Positions 26,683 through 39,925 of a stretch of DNA of 64,000 bases are shown piece after piece. Positions within the stretch are counted from its first letter, which is position 1; every line of letters begins with the position of its first letter. The notes under the pieces are model-generated. The model was not told where the DNA came from and made no database searches. It saw only the letters and a list, made by a program, of their open reading frames with translations. Source of the stretch: Octopus sinensis (taxonomy: Eukaryota); NCBI RefSeq assembly GCF_006345805.1, contig NC_042999.1, positions 127,100,001-127,164,000 on the forward strand, written 5' to 3'. Both the position numbers and the translations under genes were made by a program.

Positions 26683-27812
26683 TTGATGTTGATGTCTCCT
26701 CAAGCACAGCAGGTTGCCCTACGATCCAAGGTTAGCACAGCAGGCCGTCCTGCGAGCCATGAACTCACTTCATTTGTTAGGTCTTCACTGTCACAGCATA
26801 TCCCCAGAGGTCTTGGCTTTCATCATAGCCTCTGTGAGGCCCAACGTTCGAAGGTCTTGCTTGACCACCTCATCCCATGTCTTCCTGGGTCTACCTCTAC
26901 CCCAGATTCCTTCAACAGTTTGGGAGTGGCACTTCTTTACACATTTCTTCTCATCCATCCGTAGTACATGACCATACCAACACAAACGTCTCTCCTGCAC
27001 GCCACATCCGATGCTTCTCATGTCCAACATTTCTCTCAGGATGCTTACACTCTGTCATGCATGGACACTGACATTACACATCCAGCGGATCATGCTAGCT
27101 TTATTTCTTTCAAGCCTACACATGTCCTCTGCAGTCACAGCCCATGTTTCACTACCGTGAAGCATGGCAGTTCACACACATGCATCGTACAATCTACCTT
27201 TCACTCTGAGCAAGAGACCCTTTGTCACCAGTAGGGGTAGAAGCTTCCTAAACTTTGCCCAGGCTATTCTTATTCTAGTGGTAACACTCTCTGAGCATCC
27301 ATCCCCACTACTAACTTGGTCACCTGGGTAGCTGAAACTATCAACTACTTCTAGTTTCTTCCCCTGGAGTGTGATGGAATCTGTTTTCTGAGTATCTGTG
27401 GTGTCTATTGCCCCTGTGCATCTGCTGCACACAAAAGCTATCTTCTCGGTTAATTTTCCTTTGATGTTGCTGCACCTCTTATGTGTCCATAGCTCACACT
27501 GGGTACATCATATGGAGTTTCTACCTACACCTTTTCTACAGATCGAGCAGGGCCACCTACCTAAGGGGGTGTGGGATGAGTTCGCCTTCCTACTTACTAG
27601 AACTTTGGTCTTTGCTACATTGTCTCTAAGGCCTTTTGATTCTAAACCTTACTTCCACACACGAAATTTCTTTTCTAGTTCCGCTAGTGATTCTGCTATA
27701 AGGGCCAGGTCATCAGCATAAAGGATCCCCAGTGGCAACCCTGGGAGCTCCTTTCTTGAATTCCTCTGTTATTGCCTTGAATTCCTTGGTCTTGAATTCC
27801 TCTGTTATTGCC
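26683..27812 (-). mobile_element. RTE LINE, 5'-truncated and decayed
   Basis: RRLCWYGHVLRM...GRGRPRKTWDEVV, SVTTRIRIAWAKF and YADD region on the minus strand; same family as 52330-54830. Confidence 0.9.
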
Positions 27813-27885
27813 TAACAAGATTATATGAAATAGAATTAAAAATCAAATGGATATTGTAGTTGTGATGCTCATGCTGGTGGCATGC

Positions 27886-28125
27886 TGGGCCTCACAGAGG
27901 CAATGACAAAAGACCGAGACCTCTGAGATATGTTGTGACCATGAAGACCCGACAAATGAAGTGAGTTCATGACTCGCAGGATGGCCTGCTGTGCTAACCT
28001 TGGATCGTAGGGTGACCCACTGTGCTTGAGGAGACCTATTGAGTCAAGTACATCAACATCAACATCAAAATAAAAATCAAATGGAAATTGTAGTTGTGAT
28101 ACTCATGAGTGGTTGGCATTAGGAC
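27886..28125 (+). mobile_element. RTE 3'-end fragment, inverted relative to 26683-26843
   Basis: ggcctcacagaggc...ctgctgtgctaaccttggatcgtaggg...ctgtgcttgaggagac is the reverse complement of 26683-26843. Confidence 0.75.
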
Positions 28126-28129
28126 AACA

Positions 28130-28177
<48 letters not shown>

Positions 28178-28509
28178 ACCACACGCACACATAGAAAGAG
28201 AGAGTCAACAGATGTGACTGAGGGAATCTCAATATAGAAAACACATTGTAGCACTCAAATGATTTGAAGTTACACTCTGATATCTTTACCAAGGACCAAG
28301 TCAGGAGGGCAAAGAGTGGTTATAAGGGAAACCCAAGTGAACGGATATGGAGATAACAATTCAAATAAACTGATAAACACCTTGGGTTTTAATGTACAAA
28401 ATATACATACATCTATATATGCATATATATTTTGTATATTAAAACCAAGGTTTTATCTGTTCATTTGAATCATTCTCTCTCCCTCCCTCTCTCTCTCCCT
28501 GTATATATA

Positions 28510-29782
28510 TTAGGTTGTCAAGTATGAAATTTGTAGTAAGGTATATGTTAAACTTTGACACTGCTCATTTTGTGCCATTATTACATTTTGACAATCTTTA
28601 TTTTTTGTAAGAAAGCTGACACATCAATTTATTTATTCCAAGTCATTTTGTACTTTATTAAGTATTTATAAATCGTTTTTTTTTTTTTGCTATTTTTGTT
28701 TAGAGATGGATAAGTCAGAAATTCATACATTTTTGAAATATGAGTTCTTTCTTGGAAATACAGCATCACAGACAGCTCAGAAAATTAATGGAATATTTCA
28801 TTTGAATATTATTACACAGCAGACAGTAAATTGGTTTGCAAAATTTCGTTCTGGTAACTTTGACCTCACAAATGAGCAACACGTTTGACCAGAAACAAAG
28901 GTGGATAATGACAAACTGAAAGCCACCATAAAGTCAGATCCATCTCAAAGTGCCCGTGAATTATCATTGTTGTTTGGTGTTAGCAAGCAAACAATATTGA
29001 TTCACCTAGTTCAAATCGGTAAAATGAAAAAGTTGGATAAGTGGGTTCCACATGAATTCAATGATAATCAGAAACAGCAACGTTTGGAAGCCTGCATTAT
29101 GCTACTCTCTTGTCATAAAAATGAATAATTTTTGAATTGAATTGTAACATGTGATGAGAAATGGATCCAATACAACAACCATAAATGTTCAGCACAATGG
29201 TTGAACAAAGATGAGCTACCAAAACACAGTCCAAAAAGCAAAATTCATCAAAAGAAGCTGATGGTGAGTGTTTGGTGGACTGGCACAGGTGTGATCCAAT
29301 ATGATTTCATTAAACCTGGCTCATCAATCACAGCCAACTGGACCAAATGATGTAGAAACTTACGAACAAAACAGATTAGATTAGTCAACAGATCCACTCC
29401 TATTTTATTGCAAGACAATGCCAGACCACACATTGCAAAAATAATATTGGCAAAATTACAGGAGTTGGAGTTGGAAGTCCTCCATCATCCACCATACTCA
29501 CCTGATCTTGTCCCAACTGACCACTTCTTCCAGAATTTGGATAACTTTTTGATAGGAAAAAAATTTAATTCTGATGATGCTGTAAAATAGGCCTTCCAAG
29601 ATTTTATTGCTCCAGATTGCCAGGCTTTTACAGTTCCGGGCTGGACAAGCTACCACTGAAATGGCAAAAGTGTATTGACAATATGTGTGCATACTTTGAT
29701 GAATAAAATTATTCCTTGTATTTATAAAACATTGGCAAACTTTTTTTTTTCTTTTCTACAAATTTCATACTTAACGACCTAA
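28510..29782 (+). mobile_element. Full-length but decayed mariner (DD34D)
   Basis: TIRs ttaggttgtcaagtatgaaatttgtag / ctacaaatttcatacttaacgacctaa; WVPHEF, TCDEKW, QDNARPH and YSPDLVPTD with D-x34-D; several stops. Confidence 0.92.
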
Positions 29783-30080
29783 TCTATATATAAGTGTGTG
29801 TGTGTGTCTGTCTGTCTGTCTGCAAATGCACACATATATATGTATGTGCATTCACAGAGACACATACATACATACATATATGAACACAAACATGTGCATG
29901 TGTTTGTGTGTGTATGTGCATGTATAAATATAGATAGATATATATATAAATATATTTACACACATGCACACATATCCGCTAAAAGATTAGATGTACATAC
30001 AATCAGTAGTAGTAGTAGTGGTAGCGGTAGTAGTGATGGTGGTAGTGGTGGTAGTAGCAGCAGCAGCAGCAGCAGCAGTG

Positions 30081-30132
<52 letters not shown>

Positions 30133-30477
30133 ATAAGAGAATTAATAATAAATGTAAAGGTTCCCCCTCCCTAATTATATAAGAAGTGTAATGAGGAGAT
30201 GATACTTGTGCAGTTTTTCTCATACATCAATCAACTATGTAAGAGAAGTCAAGTGGTTTCTACTGGGAATAGAAACCAACTTGTAGCTTCATTTGCCAAG
30301 AACTTACCAAAAATACATGACTCTGCTTCATCCTTCTTCAGTAATACATTAGTAATAGATATGAAAATGGATGGGTGGTTCAAAAGTTTGCTTTGCAACC
30401 AAGTGGTTCTGATTTCAATTCCACTCTGTGATACTTTAGGCTTATATCTATTACTAAATCCTAAGGTAAACCATAAT

Positions 30478-30800
30478 GAAGATGCATAGCTCAGTGGTTA
30501 GAGCATCGAGCTCACAATCACAAGGTAGTGAGTTCAGTTCCTGGACCGGGCTGTGTGTTGTGCTCTTGGGCAAGACACTTTATTTCGCGTTGCTCCAGTT
30601 CACTCATCTGTAGAAATGAGTTGTGATGTCACTGGTGCCAAGCTGCATCACCTTTGGATAACATTGGTAGCATGGAGAGGAGAGGCTGGTATGCATGGGC
30701 GACTGTTGGTTTTCCATAAACAATCTTGCTTGGATTTGTGTCTTGGAGGGTAACTTTCTAGGTGCAGCCCCATGGTCATTCATGATCAAGGTGGAGTCTT
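30478..30800 (+). mobile_element. tRNA-derived SINE family A
   Basis: Colinear with 51776-52110 and 54968-55305. Confidence 0.85.
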
Positions 30801-30872
30801 CTCTCCTAGATAAACTATGTGAGTGTAATTTGGCAGATGGAAACTCTCAGAGCTCTCTCTCTCTCTCTCTCT

Positions 30873-32179
30873 TATGGTATCATGCTATTTTTAATTGGCA
30901 CACAATGAAGGTAACCTATAGTAACTCTGCTAATTTAGAGCAGCTTATGCATCGCATAAACAATAACAAAATGTGACAAAGGTTCAATTGCCTACCTAAT
31001 GGATCTAGCAAACATATGCATCTAAATACTAACAAAGGAGATGTAAACCACAATGAAAAATACTATTTACAGCCAAATTGTTATAGTAGAAATACTTATG
31101 ATACAGCTAACATGGTGGCAACGTGGGTAAATGGAGTCAGGACTGCCTTATATACAAATAAATACGATAAATAAAACAGTCAAATATTCAAATTTTAAAA
31201 GAACTCCAAATATAACAGTTTCTTGTCTCATGCAGGGAAAAATCAAAATGTCCATTAATGAATCTCTGTATGAGTACAAATCTTGTATATAAATGTACCA
31301 CGCACACAAGGGGAGGGCCATATGTTTACATTAGGCAAACAACTGATTGATTTAAGAACTGTTATCATAACCATATCACCAGCTTTAAGACAATCAATAA
31401 GAGACATTCAACATCTTTGGCTGATTTTGTATGGTGAATGAAAGAGGATAAAATGGAATACAACATAACTTGGTCCATAGTAAGGTATGCGAAACCATAC
31501 AATGTATTTTCTAGGAGATGCCATCTCTGCTCTGAGGAATCCCTATCTATTCTGTGGATTAATGAGAAGATCATTAAAAGAATTTCTGAAAGACTGTCAA
31601 GATACCTACATACATATAAGTGTACTTTCGCACAATGCAGTGCAAATGAATTTTGAGTAATTGTTAACATAATTTACTTTAAGGTATGGATGACTTAAGT
31701 TTACTGTTAACCTCTCCATTCCTACAAACACCAAGTAGATAGTTAACTTGCTTTGTGATCATGAGTGCATCAAACCTCACATGTGCATGTGCTCACGTTT
31801 CCGTGGATGCTAGTATATGTGAGTACACTCATGCCATGCAGCTTGCCCAAGGGCGTTTGTTTATACATCCATATTTATTAACAGCTATTTTTAATAATTT
31901 TCTTGCTGTACTGTGTATTCATTTCTCTTTTCTTCATCTGTGATTTTATTTTTGGTCTTCTATGTAGAAGCTTTTCTTTCTACAAAATAAGAAGTTACAT
32001 TGCGGAACTGTTACTTCAACAAGTTGTGTCTGTTTAAAACCCAATGAAATACATCTGCACTGCTGGATGCTCCTGAACCAGTTGTTGAGTGCCCCACCCA
32101 TGAGGGATCGATGCTAGATGTGTTGAAACAATTGTCGTAATTAATAAATTTTCGTATATTCCATTTTCTATTATTCATT

Positions 32180-32180
<1 letters not shown>
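30873..32180 (+). mobile_element. Penelope-like element 3' remnant: linker, GIY-YIG endonuclease and terminal region
   Basis: HAIFNWHTMKVTYSN; SCREKSKCPLMNLC...LVYKC...VYIRQT..*FKNCYHNHITSF...STSLADFVW*MKE...ITWSIV...CHLCSEE (31228-31656); GAAACAATTGTC then aataaa near 32125-32145. Confidence 0.75.
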
Positions 32181-32223
<43 letters not shown>

Positions 32224-32357
32224 CAACTGTAGAAATATTGCCAGATCAGATTGGCACCTGGTGTAGTTGCTGGCTCTCCAGACCTCAGTCAAATCATCCA
32301 ACCCATACCAGCATGGAAAATAGACTTTAAATGATGACGACAACGACGATGATGATG

Positions 32358-32387
<30 letters not shown>

Positions 32388-32388
<1 letters not shown>

Positions 32389-32742
32389 CGTGGCCGTTGC
32401 CAGTGCCGCCTTGACTGGCTTCTGTGCCGGTGGCACATAAAAAGCACCATCCGAACGTGGCCGTTGCCAGCGCCGCCTTGGCTGGCTTCCGTGCCGGTGG
32501 CACGTTAAAAGCTCCAACCGATCGTGGCCGATGCCAGACCCCCCTGGCACCTGTGCAGGTGGCACGTAAAAAGCACCCACTACACTCGCGAAGTGGTTGG
32601 CATTAGGAAGGGCATCCAGCTGTAGAAACTCTGCCAGATCAGACTGGAGCCTGGTGCAGCCCCTGGCTTCCCAGACCCCGGTCGAACCGTCCAACCCATG
32701 CTAGCGCGGAAAACGGACGTTAAACGATGATGATGATGATGA

Positions 32743-32745
<3 letters not shown>
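32388..32745 (+). mobile_element. Young 5'-truncated RTE 3' UTR copy with modular subrepeats and (GAT)n tail
   Basis: gtgccggtggcacgtaaaaagcacc-type modules; ggcattaggaagggcatccagc; colinear with 54500-54830. Confidence 0.8.
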
Positions 32746-32775
<30 letters not shown>

Positions 32776-32777
<2 letters not shown>

Positions 32778-33180
32778 CGCAGGAGTGGCTGTGTGGTAAG
32801 TAGCTTGTTTACCAACCACAAGGTTCCGGGTTCAGTCCCACTGCGTGACACCTTGGGCAAGTGTCTTCTACTATAGCGTTGGGCCGACCAAAGCCTTGTG
32901 AGTGGATTTGGTAGATGGAAACTGAAAGAAGCCCGTCGTATATATGTATATATATATGTGTGTATGTGTTTGTGTGTCTGTGTTTGTCTCCCTAGCATTG
33001 CTTGACAACCGATGCTGGTGTGTTTATGTACCCATTACTTAGCGGTTCGGCAAAAGAGACCGATAGAATAAGTACTGGGCTTACAAAAGAATAAGTCCCG
33101 GGGTCGAGTTGTTTGATTAAAGGCGGTGCTCCAGCATAGCCACAGTCAAATGACTGAAACAAGTAAAAGAGTAAAAGAGT
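32776..33180 (+). mobile_element. Young, full-length CORE-like tRNA SINE, family B
   Basis: A box tggctgtgtgg, B box ggttcagtccc, CORE-like cactgcgtgacaccttgggcaagtg, internal (TG)n, (GTAAAAGA)2 tail. Further copies at about 4230-4375(-), 11990-12140(-), 19322-19560(-), 21833-21985(-), 24497-24660, 25210-25450, 41682-41850(-), 42205-42442 and 43828-44222(-). Confidence 0.9.
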
Positions 33181-33194
33181 ATACATATCTGTCT

Positions 33195-33590
33195 CTCTCA
33201 GAGCGAAAAGCAGTATGATGCTTGTGTATGAACAGGAATGCTACATGATAGTGGAATGTAGACCAAGAATTCAGAGAATATGTGAAAACTAGAAAGAAAC
33301 GAAACTCGCATGCTCTGCTGGATGTGCTATGTAAGTGTGCATGTATGACTAATTGCAAATGAGTTTCAGATTTAGTGTGCAAGGGAAAAGACTGTGCTGG
33401 TATGGTTATGCGATGCATATGGATGAGGACAGCTGCATAAAGAAGTGCTGATCACTAAATGTGGAAGGAACCTGAGGAAGACATGGAATGAAATAGTGAA
33501 GACCAGCCTCAGGATGTTGCATCTCATGAAGGAGATGATAGAAGACTGAAGTGATAGGAGATTCAATATACTCAAAAAGACTCATCCATC
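33195..33590 (+). mobile_element. Old RTE C-terminal remnant
   Basis: ctgtgctggtatggttatgcgatgcatatggatgaggac...aggaagacatggaatgaaatagtg (WYGH..RM / RKTW.E motifs). Confidence 0.65.
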
Positions 33591-34360
33591 GCAGCAGAAA
33601 ATAAGGTCACAAAAGCATACTGCTTATGTCCACTCCTACCCCCACCACCACACACATATATCTAATCTGTCCCTGTAAAACCTCTATTACTCTAACACCC
33701 ACCCCACCTCTTCTAACTATGGCACTATTTACTCAGTAATTATAATTATATCAGAGTAGGACTACATATATTTTATTCCTCTTTTGTGTTACCAACTATC
33801 TCATTCCTTTCAACCACTTCCTTTTGTCACCCATCCTGCAATTCTCAATATCATACCTTAGTACTTAATTTTGCACTGAATGCCCCTTTTCCCTGCACAC
33901 CCTTCTCAAATCTGCCACCAGCCTTTGTTAGTCACTCACTGTATCCGCTCCTTGGTACCCCTGACCACTTTCTCTGTCACAGTGATATTTATTCAAGCTC
34001 TTTGAATTTTGAGTTCAAATCCTGAAAAGTTAATTTTTCTTTTCAGCTTTCAGGGTAAATAAATTAATGTATCAATCAAGTACTAGACTCAATGGAATTA
34101 ACTAACCTTTATCCTCTCAAAATTGCTGGCCTTATGCTTATATTAGAAGCTACTACCACAGCAGCAGCAGTAGTAGCAGCAGCAGTAGCAGCAGCAGCAC
34201 CACCACCACCACCATCTTTATTCATGCAACAATTATGTTTGTTTACGTGTAATGTCTCTCTCTCTCTGCTTATGTGTGTGAGCATCTTGTTATGTTTGCA
34301 TGTATATATAACGTCACTCTCTCTCTCCCTCTCCTTCCCTCTTCTTCATTTTCTTTCTTA

Positions 34361-34398
<38 letters not shown>

Positions 34399-34549
34399 AT
34401 AAGTGTGTGAGCATCTTGTAATGCTTGTATATATGTCATGCAGGAATAATGCCAGTGATTTTACCATTTTTGTTCACTGAACATCAAGCTGTGCCCCATG
34501 TCTTCAAATATTCCAGACATATTATGAGATTTTAAGTGTAGTGAGGAGA

Positions 34550-36500
34550 AATTGTTCCTGTAGTGCCTCATACATAATTGTTACACAGATTATAGAAAAC
34601 CATTTGGAGACAGTTTCATGTTCTGTACTTAGTGAACCTATTATAACAGAAATTACCTTTACCCGCTGCAATTTCAAAGCCTTCTAAATTCCTGCTTTAG
34701 GTCCTGGTATTTCTTAAATTTCTTATTCTTTTCTTTCACTCTGGTATCAAACGAACTATTTGACTGTGTAACAGAATTTTTCATTTTATTTTGTCTTTGG
34801 TCAGTAAGTGTTATTTCTTATTTGCTTCTACCTAGAAATCAAAGGAAATGACTACTATTCTCTTCAAGCTTTGCTTTTGTAACCTGGACATCAATGTCTT
34901 GAAACTGACCTCTTTTCCATTACATTTCAGACAGATTCAGCACTGAGTTGCTGAAGCAGAAATTTCATTATAGCAAATATTCTGCTCAATACCACAGATT
35001 TGCTTGCCAGTTGCCTGACCTTAACAACTTGAACATGTCCGTTAGTAGCTGACAATATGTGCATTTTTAATCATGAGCAGGAGTAGTAGGGAAGCATCAT
35101 AGCCATGTGTTGAGAGGAATTTTTGAGGATTTGAATAAATGTAACAAAAGCTAAGTTGAAAGAAATATTAGCCACTTTTCATACTTTCTAGGGGTAAGCA
35201 GAGAGGAAATAACAGTTGCTACTCATGGACAAAAAACATGTTACACAGTGTTATCACATGAGCTCTAGTAACTTTCTGTAGCACAACAACATCCAATCTT
35301 GAATATAACAGTTTCTTGTCTGAGTTTTTAAGTTCCATAAAACTTTTACCTAAATATTTTTGACAACTTTCATGGTCTCACAATGTATCATAACAAACGT
35401 GAAATTCTGTCTGTCCAGGACCCCTGTATCTCAGTCTATATTTTCTCTACATAGGCATATACCTTTTTGGAAGCAGGATGAACCTGGGATTGAAAATCTG
35501 CCCTTCGTTCAGTTCTTGAACATCCAGGATTGGGATCAGGTCTGGATGAGTATTTGTTATATTCTAACAGTCAAATATTCAAATTTTAAAAGAACTCCAA
35601 AAATTTGTGAACTTACAAGTTTTTCATTTAAACTGAATTTAAATTAATACTACATTAGTAGAGTACCAATAAATGCTTTATTATTATTGCTCTCTTTAGT
35701 TTTGGCTTATAGGTGCAATTAGCCCTCCAAAGGAGCTAATTTAAAAGTTTGCATGGACTGCAGCTTAATTAACTGATCCACCTGTATTTGCTTTTACCCA
35801 AACCCAGGAGCTTTTCAGCACCCCCTCATATATGAGCTGGATGTAGCTGGTTTAAACAGTAAAGGGTAAACCAGTTCCAAGTTTAAATACTTCTGAATGT
35901 GGTATTCCTGAAGAAAATTCCATGCATTTTTTTCTTGGTCTGTATTTCTTTCCTGCTTTCCATATCTTCTTTCTCTTTCATGGAATTAATTATTCTTCCC
36001 TCCATTTTTCTCATAGCCCTCAATACTTTTTCCTTACTTTCTGACACATACTTGCACAGACATTGTTCTTTCATCACTACACAATCTTCCACACTTATCA
36101 AACCTCTTCCATCATCACAGCCTTTCATATTTTTTCTGAAGCATATCATATATCATTAGCAACTTTCTAGTCTTCCTATCAATATTTGGTAGTTCTTGGG
36201 TGTTCCAGTTGATGGTGCCTGCCCTGTATAGGGAGCTTGAGACAGAGGCAGTTTTTAGTGTTCAGGTGTAATTTTGATATCTCTTTTCTTCTTTCCCTTT
36301 CTATATATATATTTTTGGGGGAGTTTCTTCTTTCATTTTTCAGTGCGTGCTTCATTTGGTTTTGTCTTTTATGCTATCAGCTTCCAAAACTCCTAAATAT
36401 TTATTCTTAGCTTCCTTATTAATTTCCTTTGTTTTATATTCTCACCTGCAGGAAGCTCAATTCTTTCTTTCTCAAACAATTCGCTTCTCTTCATGGCAAG
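34550..36500 (-). mobile_element. Fragmented R4/Dong-like LINE (RT-thumb at 35880-36500, RLE tail at 34550-34800) interrupted by later insertions
   Basis: DDGRGLISVEDCV...KKKMHGIFFR in ORF 35883-36149; VKEKNKKFKKYQDLKQEF on the minus strand near 34690-34740. Confidence 0.55.
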
Positions 36501-36612
36501 AGTATCACACTTATGGAAACTGAATTCCAACACCACCACTACCACCTTCATCACTACCACCATCGTCATCGTCGTCATCACCGTTGCCATCGTTATCATC
36601 ATCATTATCATT

Positions 36613-37335
36613 CAGTGGTCTTATTTTTAACATGTGCTTTCACTGCACTACCAAGTGCACATATGTGTGCCTTGGGTATATGCTGTGGTTTGTTTTAGTG
36701 CTGCTATTTTTATTGTATTAAAATGCTTTACATAGGATATGTATGGTACCTAACAGTGCTATTTTCTGCATGTTATATATATTTGTAAGTCCTGATATTT
36801 TCTCTGTATGTTTTCAGTCATGTATTTCTCAGTATGTTTTTTAATCATGCCTAATATACTTATTATAAGGATTATTTTTATCTTCAGGCCCCCACCACAT
36901 TCTCTGTTTCCAGATCGTTGTATTTCAAGAGTTTCTCCATTTCTTTAGAGATACATTGTCATCTGTTGGGACTGAGATGTCAGTTAGAAGGCCTACTCCT
37001 GATAGCAATATCTGGCATATTAGCCTTGATCTCTCTATTTGTGTGCATTGACATATGTCAGAGCATAGTTGCTTTGTCATTTTCTGAGACCTTTTCTGGG
37101 GGTATGCCTATACCATCTTTTTCCTATTGTCATTCCTTAGTGCTGGCACTGCTTCCTGTGTATCTAAGTCTCAACTCTGTTATGCCTGTGGACGTATTAC
37201 TTCTTGGCAAGGACTGGGCAACCAGAAACAATATGATTTATTGTTTCTTCCAACTACCACATATTTTGCAGTTATTCATTGTATTTTTTTCATTATTTGC
37301 TTTTGGTGGTTCCTTGTGGGGAAGCTATGATTCTC
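36613..37335 (-). mobile_element. R4/Dong-clade LINE 3' end, decayed copy of the 15982-16768 family
   Basis: Reverse-complement similarity across the 3' UTR (cactaccaagtgcac...gtgccttgggtat) and the ETINHIVSGCPVLAKK region. Confidence 0.85.
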
Positions 37336-37379
37336 TGCTATTATTATTATGATTATTATTATTATTGTTGTTGTTATTG

Positions 37380-37410
<31 letters not shown>

Positions 37411-37411
<1 letters not shown>

Positions 37412-37640
37412 GAGTGAGAGAGCAGTGCATGCCATCAAAGTGACACTAGGGTAAAATATACGAAATCCAGTATACCCATCATGACTACCCGTCTGATAAG
37501 GGTACACCAGGCACATGCATCACAACCATATGTGTGCAACATGGTGATCTCATATCAAGATAAACAGTGCATGACCTTGCAGGTAGGGCCCAGTCAGAAC
37601 TTTCATTAGGTCAAGTAGCCCCCTCAAAAGGTCCCTGAGG
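37411..37640 (-). mobile_element. Copy of the (TAA)n-bounded repeat 14984-15520
   Basis: tgagtgagagagcagtgcatgccatcaaagtgacact... is the reverse complement of about 15295-15520. Confidence 0.85.
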
Positions 37641-37654
37641 GGAGAATTCTCAAT

Positions 37655-38072
37655 GCACAATACCACATTTTCGGGGGTGACATTTGTGGCAGGCCTTCCA
37701 GATTGTTCATCATCTTCCAGGGACATTGTTCTGCTTTTGAAGTGCCTGTGCCACTTGAAACATGGCATACAACCCATTGTCTTGTTACTGTAAGCTTGTA
37801 AAGCATTCTCAATGTCTCTAGCAGACTTCTCAAGTTTGATGCAAAATTTCATATTGGCTCATTGTTCCTTCCTGTCCATGTGTCCATGACAAAATCGCAA
37901 ACCACAACATGCACATGATCACAAAAACACAAATTTCACAACTTGTGAACTGAACAGTGATGTCACTTGGCCCACTGCCTCATGAAGCTTACTCTGCATA
38001 TGCATCCATGAGCTGCCATCTGTTGGCAAACTGCAGAATTAGTCCATGAACTTTTTGATACGACTTCCTATG
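37655..38072 (-). mobile_element. mariner 5' end and N-terminal HTH remnant
   Basis: MKFCIKLEKSA...CFKWHRHFKSRTMSLEDDEQSGRP. Confidence 0.75.
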
Positions 38073-38585
38073 CCCAGTTTAAATATTAAAGGGTTAAAGT
38101 GTCATATCAGTAATGGGCCCAAGACTGAGATGAATAGAGAAAGTCAGATATGAGCTCAATGACTTAATGTCAATGGTATTTAATAGACAACAACAATATA
38201 TGTAAGATTGGCCAGTTTTACAGAGTTAAATAGGGTTAAAAATGTAAGAGATAATGTAAAGCTAAGAGGAATAACCAATGAATTGTCCAAAATTTAGAGT
38301 ACTTTTTAATTAACTGGTTAAATGAACTGTATTCATGAATTCATAAATGCAGTTTTGTTGTTATTTTTTTCAAAAATAGAAACTAATATATCTGCAAATC
38401 ACATTTAATGATGTTTGTACAGAAATATTTGCTTCTCATATGATTTTATTTATTTATCTGCTTGTTTGTTTGTTTATTGCATTAAAAAAGTAAGCTCCAA
38501 TAGAAGTGAGCTCTAGGGGTTAATTTTCTGCTAGCAGGATGTATTACAAAGCTTTCATTTCTAGTTGTTCCTATCTTACATCACA

Positions 38586-39108
38586 TATAGGCTTTCCCCT
38601 CTGGATTTGTCATGATTGACCTCAATTTTGTCAATGTCAAATTTGTCATTGTCAGCCTCAGTTTCATTATCCTTAGTCTAAATCATGTTGTTGGCTATCT
38701 CAATTTTATCATTGTCAATTTATATATTGTCATTGTAGGATGGAGCAAATTGTTTCTTTGAACAGACATTGACTAGGCTAAAAATAAAAAAATAAGTCCT
38801 GGGGTCAATTTGTTCGACTAAAATACTTCATTGCAGTGCTCCAGCATGGCCACAGTCAATTGACTGAAACAAATAAAATAATAAAAGAATAAATAATAAG
38901 CATTACATTTGAAAGACAAAACTGAGTGCTACAGGTTTAAATGTTGTCATGGTTAGGATAGAGTGAATTTTTTCTTTATTTGATGATTATTTATCACAGA
39001 ACTGAAAAAGATTGATGATAATGAAACTGAGGTTGACAATAACAAATATGAGGTCAACATTAATGAAATTAAAGTTCATAATGACAAATTTGCAGGGGAA
39101 ACCCCATA
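38586..39108. mobile_element. Foldback/MITE-like element with about 21-bp subrepeats in its arms and a SINE fragment inserted
   Basis: tataggctttcccct...atttgtcattgtcagcctcagtttcattatc vs gataatgaaactgaggttgacaataacaaat...aggggaaaccccata. Confidence 0.55.
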
Positions 39109-39316
39109 TACAACTAATTGTCAGACATGCAGATCTAAATCTTACTTGTCCCTTCTTTAAAGCATTCATTAAAGAATACCTTTCATCAAGGCATGTTGAT
39201 CCTGTTTATTATTTTCATGTAAAATAAATATAGATTTCTTGTCACTTGTCATAATGTTAAGTTATATAGGAGAGAAAGTATAATTTATTGAACTTATGAT
39301 AGTATATCACTGGTTG

Positions 39317-39925
39317 TGGAGGCACATGGCCTAGTGGTTAGAGCAGCGGACTCGTGGTCGAGGGATCGTGGGTTCGAATCTCAGACCTGGCGATGTGTGT
39401 GTGTGTATGAGTGAAACACTTAAGCTCCACGTGGCTCCAGCAGAAGGTAATGGTGAACCTCTGCTGATTCTTTCGCCACAACTTTCTCTCACTCTTTCCT
39501 CCTGCATCTTGCAGTTCACCTGTGACGGACTGGTGTCCCGGCCAGGTGGGGAACCTATATGCCAAGGAAACCAGGAAACCAGCCCTTATGAGCTTGGCAT
39601 GGCTCGAGAAGGAACAAATATATCACTGGTTAAAGCTGAAGGTGCATAGCCTAGTGGTTAGAGTGTTAGATTCATGATTGAAAAGTCATAGGTTCAGTTC
39701 CAGGACTGGGTGGCACATTGTGGTCTTGAGGAAAGCACTTCATTTCACATTTCTCCAGTTCACCTAACTGAAAATGAACATCTGCAGCAGCTAGAGAAAA
39801 TCCTATTACAGACTGGCATCCTCTGCAGGGAGGAGTCTTTATATGTTTAGTTGCTTAGTGTACCTCAGAAAGTGGAATTATCTTTGGTCTAATGAACCTG
39901 TAGGGTTGAGGCAGATTTAACTTTT
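39317..39925 (+). mobile_element. Two adjacent tRNA-derived SINEs (39317-39618 young; 39638-39925 older)
   Basis: Each begins with a tggcctagtggttagag-type A box and has a ggttcgaatc/ggttcagttcc B box. Confidence 0.8.

Noticed and set aside
31348-31437. Two in-frame TGA codons in the PLE endonuclease, suggesting selenocysteine as in some Naiad PLEs
   Set aside because: They do not fall at Cys-like positions and are simply explained as CGA to TGA CpG decay; no SECIS recognised.
32388-32580. Repeat-spacer-like array resembling CRISPR
   Set aside because: Eukaryotic context, the spacers are themselves repeated, no cas genes; it is an RTE 3' UTR.
39317-39395. Bona fide tRNA gene (also 54968-55040)
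   Set aside because: tRNA-derived SINE heads continuing into a SINE body, with no complete acceptor stem or terminator.
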